DNA from: Amoebophrya sp. A120
Lineage: Eukaryota > Protista > Dinoflagellata
Direction: 5' to 3'
Length of the DNA: 64,000 nt
NCBI GenBank assembly: GCA_905178155.1
Contig: CAJINV010000007.1
Location: 466,020-530,019, forward strand
Made by a program: the position numbers and the translations under genes. This document shows positions 35,242-48,123 of the stretch, one piece after another (the stretch's first letter is position 1; each line of letters begins with the position of its first letter). The notes under the pieces are model-generated. The model saw nothing but the letters and a program-made list of their open reading frames with translations, was not told the DNA's origin and did no database searches.

Positions 35242-35512
35242 TATCAAATGCAAATATATCTGGGTCTGGAAACTTGTGATGCTAAAACGTGGACGATAGA
35301 AAGGAAACTGCTCCGGATGCAACCCGGCATAACAACTTTCCAGAACGATTTCTCATAGGAAGTCCGCGCGAGAGACTGCGTTTATGCAGGTACAAAAGAG
35401 GCCGCGACTTTTGTTGGTTATGCAATACACATTTCCTATGTATGGAAAGCATGGGTTACAAATTCCAACCTACCTTCCTTCCAGACCCAGACATTCATAT
35501 TTGCAATGCATA
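35242..35512. mobile_element. Introner, family E (similar interior to 7108)
   Basis: TIR; TSD catcg/catcc. Confidence 0.88.
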
Positions 35513-38009
35513 CATCCAGAACCACAACAAGACTTCACTGGGTCCGAAGGCAGCACCGCATCCGCAGAAGCCGGGCGGGGTCCCCCAGCAGCGGGGACCG
35601 GTAGCCGGAGGCGGTTCAGGGTCGGTGCCGGGTCCCCGCTCTATCATATCAAATGCAAACATGTCTGGGTCTGGAAAGTTGTGATGCCCAAATGTGGAGG
35701 ATAGAGACAGTTCCGAATGCAACCCAGCATGACAACTTTCCAGCATGACAACTTTCCATAGGAAACCCGCGTGAGAAACTACGTCTTTGCATGTACAAAT
35801 AAGGCTGCGACTTTACTTTTGCTGGTCATGCAATTATTAATACGGATTTCCTAGGAGTAAGGAAAGCTCGGCTGTGGGCAACGAGTCACTCTGCAAACTC
35901 ACGATGAATAATAGCCCATATCTGTTGAAATCAGGCGGACCGACCACAACGCTGGCAGTTGGACAGAAAAACACGAGCGCAGTAGGTGGGCCTTCCGTGA
36001 ATTTGGGGAGGAGCAGACAGGACGACATGCCGGCTACTGGATCTTTTTACTCACAACTACCGCAGTCAGACAAGCGCTGACTGCAAACGAGGAGAAGCGA
36101 GGTCCTGCAAACCAGGGCTGCGAACCAGGACAGTGTGCTCCAAGAAGTGCAACATCGTCGACACATTTCTAGAAAAAAAGTTATCGCGCCACCGTTTATC
36201 TCAATCCCTCGCACGCTGGTGCCGCAATTGCCGAGAGGATGAAAGGAGAAATATCAAATGCAGCAAGCGTGTCTCCCTATGCACTGCAGAACTACAAAGT
36301 AGTTACAGAGAGGAATGAAATTTGTCATGCGATCTATGAAATTTGCCATGCGATCTATACTATAGATCGCATGACGAATTGAAGGAAAAATACCAGGTCC
36401 CTGCTGCGAAGCCCGCAACGTGCACGAATATAAAGGGAACCCCACTAAACACCAGACCTAGGCGGAGCGTTGGTTCATCGCTGAAGATGTAGAATAGAAC
36501 GAGACTCGAATAGCTTCGCCCGCTCGGTTTGACATCGCAAACTTGCGCTAGAAAGAGCAATTTTCACAGAGTTCACAGTCTGGGGCGGGGAAGCAGCGCA
36601 CGGGGCAGCGCGACGTAACTTGGCATAAACTGCAAACAGCATCTGATCTGGAAGCGATTGACACCGCGACCCGAGCGCACGACGCGCGGGGCGGTAAATC
36701 ATGCCTGGCAGGGGACACACCTCGGGCAGATTCCGCGTGAACATGCATGCGCGCCGCCACCTGCCCCCGCTAGGGGGACGGCGCATACTTGCAGCAGGCC
36801 GAGCCCTCTTTTGAAAGAAGATAGAAGTCGAACGCCTTAGCCCCATGCCCGATCGCTCTAGGTACTTAGCAGGCGCTTGGATCTCCGCCGTAGGCTTGGA
36901 GTATTGACTTGATTACGTTCTTAAATTGGCTGCGCTAGTGGCCCGCACTTGAATCGTCGCGCCGTGGATCGTTTTAGACCGTAGAGTGCCGGAGAGCGGA
37001 AAACAGCCGCGGTAGGCGCGTAGGCCGCTCATGTTGAAAGTCTTGTCTTATATATCGCATGCCCTCGGCCATGCGCATCCTATTTCCAAACAGCGACCAC
37101 CTATTTCCGTCTCACCCATGCAGACTGCACCCAGAGCGTTGGTTTGCAGTGCGCCTCTGTTGTCATCTTCATGCATTAGTTTAGATCTATGATCGCCGCC
37201 AGCGCTTTTATTTTTTTCCTCCAGCAAGCTGTCTTTTTTTCCTGCTACGCTTTTATTTTCTAGTTTCTTGAAGACATTCAGATACTTAGCCGCCACGCAC
37301 ACAATGTCGAAGGAGGAGCATGGTTCGCGCGAGCGCGGCCGATTTGCGCCAATTCGCCGGGATGTCATTTACCACCGGCGCACGGGTGCGCAGAAGGAGC
37401 ACAGGGAGCCGAACGCTAGGGGGGTTGCGGCGGAGTACATTTGGGCCGGGGATTCGAAGGCCGCCAGTGGCCACATTGTGTCGTGGTTTTTCACCTCGCA
37501 GAAGCCGAAGCGCCAGAAGGAAAGCGAGCGCCATCGTGTTCGCCTGGCGACTGGGGACTGGTGGCTGATTTCGTGGCATCGGGCGAAATTTTTTCTGGAC
37601 GAAGTCGTGGGAATCTCGGAAGACTATACGGACGCCATCGACGCAGCATTTTCTGCGGTGCGGCCAGATGTCGCACTGCTTCCGACGTCAGCGCTGCACT
37701 GGTCATAGATCTTGGCAGATTTAGGGTCGACGTGTCCGGTTGGTTTTTTTTTTAGAAGTCCTGCCGACAGGTCTCTTTGTGATATAGTCATAATGTATAC
37801 GCGCTCTATTCAAACTTCCTTTGGGGATTTTACTTTCTATATATGAATGAAAGAAGATTGTGAGCGGCTTTTTACCGGAGTAGCTGCCGCCGTATTTCCG
37901 ATCGATCGAAGATGTTCGCCATGGTTTGTTATAGCCTGATGGGCCTCAGCCTGCTCCCGCGTTTGCTTCCTTCCCTGGGCAGTCTCGTTGGTTTGCAGAT
38001 ATCTTGGCA

Positions 38010-38560
38010 ACTTTAAGATCTAAGCCTATGACTTTTGATGTGAAGACTCACATGCGGGGGGCCCTCGCCCCCCCCCCGCGCCCCCCCCGCCCTTTCGATG
38101 TGATGATATTGCGCCTCAATCTGTATGAGTTATTTTTTATTTTTGAGATGAAGACTTACATGCGGGGGGCCCTCGCCCCCCCCCGCGCCCCCCCCGCCCT
38201 TGCGATGTGATGACATTGCGCCCCGATCTGTAATATGAATAATTTTTAAATATAAGATTATAACTCCAAGATCTAAATTTCTGACTTTTGAGATGAAGAC
38301 TCAATGCGGGGGGCCCTCGCCCCCCCCCCGCGCCCCCCCCGCCCTTTCGATGTGATGATATTGCGCCTCAATCTGTACGAATGATTTTTATTCTTGAGAT
38401 GAAGACTTACATGCGGGGGGCCCTCGCCCCCCCCCGGGCCCCCCCCGCCCTTGCGATATGATGATATTGCGCCCCGATCTGTAATATGAATAGTTTTTAG
38501 ATATAAGATTAAAGCTTCAAGATCTAAATTTATGACTTTTGAGATGAAGACTTACATCTT
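38010..38560. repeat. Higher-order tandem repeat (~252-bp dimer) with four G/C-run hairpin cores
   Basis: atgcggggggccctcgccccccc(c)gcgccccccc at 38052, 38160, 38304 and 38411 (spacing 108/144/107). Confidence 0.9.
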
Positions 38561-38774
38561 GATGAAGGCTCGTCGATTCAATTATGAAGATTGAGACTAT
38601 GACTTTGAGAAGATTATGACTTTATTTTTAAGATAGGATAAGATGTTGATGATTCCAAGATGAGATAAGAAGTTGCGACTTTTGAGATGATTCGATTATG
38701 ATTTGAGATTGAGAATTGAGATTCGAATCTTTTGAGTATGAGGTTATGACTTGAAGATATCTGAATTTAAATAG

Positions 38775-38870
38775 TGAATTGAACTCAAGTTGTGAACTGT
38801 ACTCAAATGGTGAACTGAACTCAAAGGGTGAACCGAACTCAAAAGATGCACTGAACTCTTGAACTCTTGA
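38775..38870. repeat. Degenerate ~18-bp minisatellite
   Basis: gtgaactgaactcaaa-like unit repeated about 5 times. Confidence 0.7.
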
Positions 38871-39747
38871 GCATTTTGAATTATTCGCAAGTCTTGCAAA
38901 GATCTTGTAGATATGACTATCAATTGTACAAAGCAGCGGCATAGAATAACCTTGTACCACATGAGCTACGTAGCTGCCTGGTCCCCTGGTACTAGTAAAC
39001 TCAAGGACAGCGACCTGGTATTTATTAAGCAGACCCATTCCTCAGCATGACTGTCGTGCGAAAAAAGAAAAATTCTTGCAGCAACAGGTCCTGCTTCGAG
39101 ATAACCAAAACGCCGTCGGGCCGCGTGACACCAGAATGAACCGCTGGCAGGTTCCTATTGAGGTGAGTCCTCGCGGAGCTGTTCTTAATAAAGATGCACT
39201 TGCGGCTTCTAAGCAAAAGCACACGTCTTGGCTAGTACAGCTGCTCGTACGTAGTGAACCAAAAACAGCAGGACTGGAACAAGAAATGTCGTGAAAGAAC
39301 TTTTTCAACAAAAATCTGCCTTCGTGGTCGTGCGCCAATCTTGCAAGTCGTGGTAGAAATAAAAATTCGTGCATCATCATGGTGATCTGAAGCTTATCGT
39401 TCTTAACCGTATCGTCGTTCGCACGCATAATGTTTTGGAGAGGTGGTCACTTTGGATGCAAATACATCAAAAAAATCCTGTGACCGCCTACAACATATCC
39501 ATCGAAATAGTAATTGCAAGGCGCTGTTGTTGACAGGTTGATTTTTTTGTTTTTAATCAGCAGGTTCAAGTAGGTTGATCTTGATGTTTCTACTTATGCC
39601 TACCCATCTTGTTCCAGACAACACGCCAGTCGTTGTTTCTTCATCCTCCCCACCCGTTTACACCTGATTGCACCAGACACAGGCCCGGCAAGTTTTGCAA
39701 CGTCGTTTGTCGCGTAGTATCGTATACCGTTCGTCTGTCACGATAAA

Positions 39748-42700
39748 TATGCCAGAACTGGTCCTGTCAAAAAGGGTGAATTCACCGGGCAATGATTTTA
39801 GCTCGTCCGGCAGCACTCCAACCACGATCCGAACCGGGGGCCGACCGTACCCCTTCCGCAGCCGTGGCTACCCCAGCACGACAGTGAGAACTTTTCCAAG
39901 AACGAAATGCAAGCTTGTGTTTTGCGCGACAGCGAAATTTCTGACGCAAAACTTTCTCTACTGGGGAAGTGACAATGCAGTGGGAACGGCAGGTCTTGCA
40001 GCAACGACGAGTCCTCTGGTGAAATTGTTCGCTAGGAAGCGAAAAACTACACGGAGGCTCAAGCATGGAACTTCTACAGTGGTGGAGAAGGAAACTGATC
40101 CGGTGCTGCTCTCTGTCCCGGGAGGGCCGCGTATGACTAGGAAGCGAAGTATTAAGCTGTCGTTTGTGGAAGCGCAAGCAAATGCAAATGCAAAAGAGAC
40201 CATGAGGAGCGAAGTGGTGGAAACCACCAGGACCGCCACGTCGTCGGGTCAAGAAAACCAAAAGGCCGTCGGGCCGCGTGACACCAGAAGGAGATCAACT
40301 ATGAAATGCAAAAATGTCTGGGTCTGGAAGATTGCTGCATTTGTGATGCATGTCTGACATGACTCAAGAATCTGTGATGCATGGGCACCGAACGGTCTTC
40401 GTACCTGTCATGCAAAAACGCAGCTTGCCATGCGGAACACGCAACACATAGGAGCTCAAAAATTTGTCATGCGTGGCACCGTATTGCAGTGGAACTCTCA
40501 CTCACTTTTAGCATCACAAGTTTCCAGACCCAGACATATTTGCAGTGCATATCAACAGCCCCAGTTGTAGCGTTGTTAGAAGGAGGGACAACGAGGTAGC
40601 AAATGCAAATATTATGTCTGGTGGTCTGGAAGAATTCATCATGTTAGTTTTGGACATTCATATTAGGCAAGCACGCAGGGCAGGACAAGAGCCGCAGAGC
40701 AGGACAAGAGCCGCAGAGCAGGCTTCTCCATGCCAGCGTGCATGAGAACAAATGCCCTCTAGTACTGCGGAAGACAAGAAGCGCGCGCCTCTTGCTGACT
40801 ATCCAGCAGAGGTGCAACTAGTTGCCTACTCCAGGAGACTCGGGGGCATCACAAGGAAGTTGGCAAGATGTTTCTAAGTACACCCAGACGTATTTTTTGC
40901 AATGCATACGAGGTCAGAGCTAATGAATAAAGTAAAAATAACCACGAAAACCGCCACATTCACGTATGCGACCAATTGCAGAGTGGGTACCGTGAGTATC
41001 ACCAGAAAGAACTGCGAACGCCACCCACAAATAAGAAGTTTAGAACTCCAGAAAATAATATATGGCTGTTACGTTGCACTTGCAGTTGTACTTCCTTGCA
41101 TCATTTGTTTCCACCGACATCAAGTGACTTTTTGTACTCATGCGGCAGGACGATGATTATACTCTACTAGGCAGGTTCATTTTACAACGGCAAGCTTTAT
41201 TGGCACGGCTAGGCTGTGAGCCGAGCAACAGCTGCAACAGCACAGGGCAAAGTTTGAGGTATTTCTAGCATAACGCTCTCGAAGATGAAAATACTGTTTC
41301 TGCAGCCCCCGTATATGAAAACAAGAACAAGCGCGAAAGATTGTCTTTTACACTACCACGGGAAAGTGGGTGGGGCGATTTTCCATCTTGAGAAGGGAAG
41401 CCCTGCACACGCTCGGAAACATTGGGGGCTGCTGGTTTGGAGGCTGCTACAACGTGGGCCCATGGGATATGGCGTTCTCAACTCTTTACATTCTCAGCTG
41501 TTGCGTGAATTTGTCATGCAAAAACAGCAATAGGGAAAGGGGAAAGCTTGCAAGTCTTGCATCACAAATTTGGCACGGATTTAGATGCTGTTTAGCCCTT
41601 CGATAATTTGTCATGCGAAGCAGCTTGATCGCCTCGCGGCTCATGGTCATTTTGCATCACAAATTCATGTAACAGTTGAGAATGTAACATTTGAGAACGC
41701 CATATGGGCCGAGTGGAGCCATGTGGACACGGACAATCATGTGTGGTTCGTACTACAGTGAAAAATGCTCCCGTGCATGAAAGTAGTATGAAAGTAGTAT
41801 GAATCTTTCTGATGCAGAGTCTACTAGGCGTACATGGCATCGCTTGCATGACAAACGCCGCTCTCGCTGGGATCTTTTGCAATGCAAACTTTTGCTATTC
41901 ACGATTGGAAATCTGTGATGCTGATAGATGCAAGAGGGCGAATGTTTCATGTAAGGTTTGCAATACAAATACTCACATGTCCGGAAGTGGGGGCATTTTT
42001 CATTGTAATAGTTCGACCGCACAGAGTGCAACGGACAGGACAACGCTGTGGTAGAGCTGACGTCCCCGCACACCTTTCAAAAGCGCAGAAGGAAGTGCGC
42101 CTTCAAGCACTGCATAGGGGAATATGCAAGACATTGTAACGGGTCCAGTGCGTGCAAGGACGGCTCGGGGAGCGCAATTGAGGAGGGACGGAGCTGGATC
42201 TGCACACTCCCGAACTGTGTGAACATCGGCGCGGACGGGGTGCCAGAGCCACAGGAGAAGCCCGTCGACATGACCTCTACGGCGGCTCCCGACACGTCCT
42301 CTGTGATAGATCAGCTCTTTAGCAGCAGCACGACCACGACGACAACAGCGCCGCCTAATCAGGTGGAGCAAGTAGAGCAGTCTGGGGACGACAGTGTCCT
42401 TCCGACAGGCGACCGCTATCAAATGTAGAAATGTCTGGGTCTGGAAGAGTCATGCTGTTTTTGCACGACACAGAAGGTCTGGCATGGATACTCTAGCATC
42501 ACAGGTTTCGAGAAGCTTCCGTCATGCCGAATCTGCATGACAAATCCCCCATTCTGGTGACAGAAAGTGGGCAGCTTTTGCTAACTATGCATGAGAGATC
42601 TTTCTGTGTTCTGAAATGCGCATCACAAGTTTGTATTCTTCCAGACCCAGACATTTTTGCAATCCATAACCGCGAAGCGATAGCAACAGTAACGGACGGG

Positions 42701-43492
42701 GCCGCGAATCAAGAACCCGCTGTGCCGGGCGTAAGCGCCGCGAATGCAGCCACCCTGGCGGCTGACCCGCTCGCGGGGGGCGATGGGCCTTGCTCGACCG
42801 CCAGCCTCGGGCTGCTCATTGCCGGCGGCGTGCTTGTCTTGCTGCTGTGCGGTGTGGCAGGGAGATGCTGTCGCCAGGAGTACTGCTATGCAGACGACGA
42901 CTTTTTCTTCGAAGAAGCAGAGCCGTTTGCAGAAGACGGAGGCGCCTTGGGGGCGGCGTTCTACGACGACGGCGCAGGTTATGGATGTGTCAGAGTTGAA
43001 AGCGACAAAGTTGAAATGATTTGTCATGCATAGAATGGATGCCAGTTGGAACCCAGTTTTCAAGTGGCGCATGACAAATTTTGGTGGTCTCTAAGTCTAG
43101 TTTGTCATGCTGTTTAGGCAATAAAGAAGAGTGATTTTCTCATGCTACTTTAGCAGCTCGAGCTGTAACCACAAACAGGCTTACAATCGGCCTCCCTTGC
43201 CTGCTCTGCAACACACGTGCCTCGGGTCATGCATTTTATGCATTACAAATTCTTTCAACTTTGACGATTTCAAACCTGGCGCTTCCATACAGGTGGCTAT
43301 GATTTTTACGAAGAAGAATGGTACGGAAATAAAGGGAAGAGCAAAGGTGGCTACGATTCTTACTACGGAACAAGCAGCTATGCGCCACCGCGCGGCCCGA
43401 GCAAGGGTATGGGGTGGAGTACTAAGGGCGGCGGCGGAGGGAAAGGGAGCAAATGGGGAGGAGGGTACGGAAAGGACAGTTGGATATACTGA
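39748..43492 (+). CDS. Cys-rich type I membrane protein, family member 2 (Cys-rich domain, Thr/Ala stalk, TM, Gly/Tyr/Lys-rich tail)
   Basis: Exons joined over elements 40300, 40597, 41468, 41751, 42417 and 42980: GCWFGGCYNV, KCAFKHC, RSWICTLPNCV, TM LGLLIAGGVLVLLLCGVAG, tail GGYDFYEEEWYGNKGKSKGG…WIY*; junction near 41000-41400 unresolved. Confidence 0.7.
40300..40551. mobile_element. Introner, family E (similar interior to 13415)
   Basis: TIR; TSD tcaac. Confidence 0.92.
40597..40908. mobile_element. Introner, family E (degenerate, internal 21-bp duplication)
   Basis: Imperfect TIR; TSD cgagg. Confidence 0.8.
41468..41704. mobile_element. Introner, family I
   Basis: TIR tatggcgttctcaa…tacattctca.ctgtt; TSD tggga/tgggc. 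Confidence 0.88.
41751..42010. mobile_element. Introner, family G (reverse orientation to 17185)
   Basis: TIR tactacagtgaaaaatgc; TSD gttcg. Confidence 0.9.
42417..42668. mobile_element. Introner, family E
   Basis: TIR; TSD accgc. Confidence 0.92.
42980..43289. mobile_element. Introner, family H
   Basis: Long imperfect TIR tatggatgtgtcagagttgaaagcgacaaagttgaaa; TSD caggt. Confidence 0.9.
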
Positions 43493-44333
43493 AAAAGGAA
43501 CATCAACAAGAACATCGGTTGAAAACCAGGGAAAACGGGTGAGGAGAAGTAATCTGAAGGGCTACAACTTCACGGAGTTCGCTTTTATCACGTCAATACA
43601 AGAAAATAAGAAACAAGCGTAAATTTGTTTTTGTTGCTTTACCGTGCCGTTTGTCGATGCATCATCAGGCACGCATGGTGAAGATCTGGTGTCGGTGACA
43701 GTCCGTGCGGAGGCTTCTGAAAAAGGATCTCTCAAAATGATAAAACACTAGCAACTTCTGGAAAGATGCTAACGCTGTAGAGAAACTACCATTTTTTTCC
43801 AAAACCTAAACCCAGAATGAACCGCTGGCAGGTTCCTATTGAGCTGAGTCGCGGATCTGTTCTGAAAGATTCACTTGCGGCTAGAAACAAGAAATGTCGT
43901 GAACCTTTTCAACAAGTAGAATCTGCCTTCGTGGTCGTGCGCCAATCTTGGAAGTCGTGGTAGAAATAAAAATTCGTGCATCATCATGGTGATCTGAAGT
44001 TCACCGTTCGTCCCCGTGTCGTCGTTCGCACGCATAATTTTCTGGAGAGGTGGTCACTTTTGATGCAGGTAGAGGTACATCAAAAAACTCTACTTACCGC
44101 CATCGTTTAAAAATGAAAGCCCACTTACTCATTCTGATTCCGTGTGCATCTTCACCAGGCCAGAAAACTACGTACGAACAAGATTTCTACTTGTAGCCTG
44201 TAATGTAATTTCCCCTAACACCTTACCAGAAGCCTGTGGCGTTTCTTGATCACTCGTTGTTTTCCATCTCCTCTTTGCTGGTCGGCAGTTACTCGGTCTG
44301 CTTATGCGGTACGAATACTTAACAAGGAGGTGA

Positions 44334-44639
44334 TATGGAACTGTCAGGATCGAAATTGACAAAATCGAAAAATTTGTGATGCATGAAATGCACGACGCGA
44401 AATACGTGTGTTGCATAGCAGGCAAGTGAGGCCGATTGTAAGCCTGTTTGGGGTAATAGCTCGAGCTGCTAAAGCAGCATGAGAGAATCAGTCTTCTCGG
44501 CCTAAACAGCATTACAAACTGGATTTAGGCACCGCCAGAATTTGTGATGCGCCACTTAGAAACTGGGTTCGAACTGGAATCCATTTTATGCATGGCAAAT
44601 CATTTCGATTTTGTCAATTTCGATTCTGACACTCCCATA
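44334..44639. mobile_element. Introner/MITE, family H, in 5' UTR or intergenic position
   Basis: TIR tatggaactgtcaggatcgaaattgacaaaatcgaaa; TSD ggtga; 60 bp upstream of ATG 44699. Confidence 0.92.
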
Positions 44640-44698
44640 GGTGATCTTCATCTTTTCGTCGTTGTAAAAATCACAGTGAGTACAACTGCTACAACAGC

Positions 44699-47600
44699 AT
44701 GAGAAGTAAAAGCTCTACGTCTACCACCGTGTGGCTCCTGTCGCAACTGGTTATTTGGTGGCTCAGTATTTTTACCAGTTGCGATTTTTATTTGGAGGAG
44801 TTGTTCGGCTTAGGACCTATTTTTCCAACCCCTTATAATTTGAAGTTGAACTTAGATTTTTCCGAAAATAACCATCGCAAAAATCCTGAACGTCTTCACA
44901 GCAAAAATTTCGTTGCAGCCTACACTCTGAAATTGACCAAGGCATCAACATCAACCACCGGCGGTGACCGCGACGGTACTAAAAATCCAGGAGTGCAGCA
45001 TGCCGACGGTCGTACCGAACCACTCGAACGTCGAGCGACGCCGAGTCAAGACCTTGAGGACCAAGTCCCCGATTTCCAAGGGCAGCATTTCTTTCAACAG
45101 GACGATGGGAAAGTGAGTCGGAGAAGTTATGATCTTCCCGAAGTAGATGTAGACATGGAGCCTCGTCGTGGTCCACCTGAAGTAGTAGGATTTCTTGGCG
45201 GTCGTGAAGAAGATGTTGACCACCTCGTCGCTGCGCCAGCTGCGGGCAAGGATAGCACGGCCACGGCATCTTCGCTCCTGAAACAAGAAGCAAGTGGAGT
45301 TGTTGCTGGCACGAGGAGAACTAGAACTACAAGCGACACCAGAAAGAAAGACACTTTATTGTTGGAGAAGCAAAGCGCGTCGACGGGGTGCGGCGACAAG
45401 GATCATGAAGAAGTAGACCAGGACGAGGAGCCGGTGGGTGAACATCAACTGTGGAACGATAAAGATCGAGATCCTAACAAGGCTGAGGAGCTGATGCAAA
45501 ATCAAAACGTGGACGAGGATAAAGCTCCAGCAGCTCTGTTGGAAGCGGGAGGTGGAACAACTGCGAGAAGATCGGAAGTTGTAGAGAGCGAAGTAAAAAC
45601 CACGAAAACGACCACGTTCACTTACGCGTACGAATGTGAACCAGATACACACGACTGGAACGGCGTTAGCGGAACGCAAAAAGACAAACTTGGGGAAGAG
45701 CCTGGTTGCTGGGCTGGCGGATGCTATCACGTGCGCAACGAGTGGAAAGAATGGACGAACGTTCCACCAAATGGGGAATGGTTGCCTATCACATGGGAAA
45801 TAAACACAGTTTCACTAGAGAGGCTTCAGTGCCTGCAGACTTTAGTTTCGTATGTGGGATGATAAGACACGACTGGCATTTGGTTCATTTCTGGTGTGGG
45901 TGTGGCTCCAGGTTCAGTATGTTGCATGAAAGGCAACGCAGAATCAATTTTAGACAGCTGCGAGCACCGCACCTCCAGCAAGGTCAACATGTCGAGCCAT
46001 GAGATCCTGGTCCCTATGTACTTAGAGCGCGCTGGTCCCACCTATGTCGTGAGAGCGTGTTCTTCAAAAAGAAACAAAGAGCAGTGGTCCTCGAACAAAG
46101 AGGTGAAGGTTCTTCGCGATCAGCGGAACAAACAGGTCGAAGGTAAATCCAACGCTTTGATGTTGATGGCAGCGGGCTTTGCTTGGCCTGGGGAGAGCTG
46201 TGTTTATTTTTTCAGGTTGATGGTACCGGACCGAACGGTTTGCAACACAGACCCGAGCACTTCCAAAACTTACACCTCTGCGGCGGGGTTTCAGCGGCAG
46301 GAAAGGACGTGCTGGTTCAAACATTGCAAAGAGGATGTTAGGGCAAAGCACTGCTTCAATGATCACACGTGCCATAAGGATGGAGACGAAAAGGTGATAA
46401 AGCAACGGCGCACCTGGACCTGCAAGATTCCGGATTGCGTTACCCGGTGGAAGATCGAGCTTGCATTACGTACAAGTCGGATGAGAAGTACCCGAGTGTG
46501 TTTTTGTGCACGACGAATATATAATACTATGGTGTACTAGCTGCGCCAAGCTTCCCAAGAAAGAATTGTGCCGCTGTATTTTGAGTGCATGCAATTATCA
46601 AGAACGTGATTGACAAGTAGCCTCTCCGAGGGGTCGTGATCGAGTATAGACTTTTGCTTTGTACGTAATTCAAGAAGATTTTGACTGCATGCGCGTCAAC
46701 ATCAACGCAGACGGGGTTCCGGAGGCGGAGGAAAAGCCCTCTGACATGACTTCCGCGGCTATCAAATGCAAATACATCATCTGGGCCTGGAGGTGGAATG
46801 CGAGTTTTAGTTTTTGCCATGCTGTTCTTGCATGACATACAGGGTCTTGTGTGCACCCCCCCTAGCAAGAACAAGAAGACATGTTTGAAATGGCTTTCGC
46901 AATGCCTAATCCGCATGACAAATCGCCTCCTTCGATGACACGCAGTGGGCAAATTTTGCTGTCCATGCATGACTGACTTCTGTGTCATCTCAGATGCGTG
47001 GCATAACAAGTTTGTACTTTTCCAGGCCCCGAGGACATATTTGCAATGCACAGTGGCGCCAGAGGAGCAATCCGATTTGGATGACATGTTGAACACGGAG
47101 AACCCCTCGGAAAGTACCACACCCAACCCGTCTGAGGCGCCGGAAGATGGTGCGGGTAGTGGTGCAGGCGCAGCTGTCGTCTCTAGTACCGACGCCGGCG
47201 CCGGTGCCACGGCCGCCGCGGATGCAGCCGACCCTGCCGCCAATGCGAGCAATGCGGGGTTCTATCAAATGTAAAAATGTCTGGGTCTGGAAGTGTCATG
47301 CTGTTTTTGCATGACACAGAAGGTCTGGCATCGAAGCTCTAGCGTCGCAGGTTTCGAGAAGCTTCCGCAATGCCGAATCCGCATGACAAGTCCCTCACTT
47401 TTCTGACAGAAAGCTGGCAGCTTTTGCTACGTATGCATGACAGACTTTTCTGTGTTGTGCAATACGCATTACAAGTCGCATTCTTCCAGACCCAGACATT
47501 TTTACATTTGATAGGTTCACTTCCGAAGCAATCGCGGGAATGATCGGGGGCGCGGTGCTGGTGGTCGTGCTTTGTGGCGTCGTTGGGGCGTATTGCCGAA

Positions 47601-48123
47601 GTGGTCACTATCCCGTGAAAAAACGTCCTCATCCCATAGTTGTCATGCACTTCTGCATGCCAAAAACGTTTCTCATGCGGACCCCTATGAGAAGCATTCT
47701 CTGTTCGTGTTTTGCAATCTGTGATGCTAGAATCAGCATGCTATGCTAGATCTGTGATGCTTCTGAACTAGCTAGACAGGATGACACTAGTACGAGGACA
47801 AACTTGTCATGCCAAACAACCAAAGCTGGTTGATTTGTCTAGCAGATCTCCCATCTTGACGCTGGTGTGGGGACGTCTTTCATCAGGATAGTCACCACGA
47901 CGAGCTTTACTACGACGACGGCGGGGGCTACTACGAAGGAGACGGTGGTGGAGACATGATGGGGTACGGCGGACCACCCGGATACGGGGGCTTTGACGAC
48001 GGGGGGTATGGAAGCTACCGGCCCTCGGCTATGCGCCCCAGCAAGGGGATGGGCGGGAAGATGAGCAAGGGAAAGGGCAAGTACAGCAAGGGTGCGAGTG
48101 GCTACGGAGGTTACGGTTATTGA
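44699..48123 (+). CDS. Cys-rich type I membrane protein, family member 3
   Basis: Signal-like N-terminus; GCWAGGCYHV, TCWFKHC, RRTWTCKIPDCV; Ala-rich stalk; TM MIGGAVLVVVLCGVVGAYC; Gly/Tyr tail ending GASGYGGYGY*; two internal junctions (~45810-46220, ~46445-46710) unresolved. Confidence 0.75.
46760..47052. mobile_element. Introner, family E (degenerate)
   Basis: Imperfect TIR; TSD gcggc/gtggc. Confidence 0.82.
47263..47513. mobile_element. Introner, family E (close copy of 42417)
   Basis: TIR; TSD ggttc. Confidence 0.93.
47609..47890. mobile_element. Introner, family F (similar to 12542)
   Basis: TIR tatcccgtgaaaaaacgtcctca; TSD gtcac. Confidence 0.9.

Larger units (their letters stand above)
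33863..35700 (+). pseudogene. Degenerate paralog of the Cys-rich surface-protein family (5' part only)
   Basis: 33600-34050 aligns by eye to 39495-39950 (VLSKR.N.PG.DFSSS); early stop at 33993; shares QENQNAVGPRDTRR; ends in a truncated introner at 35647. Confidence 0.6.
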
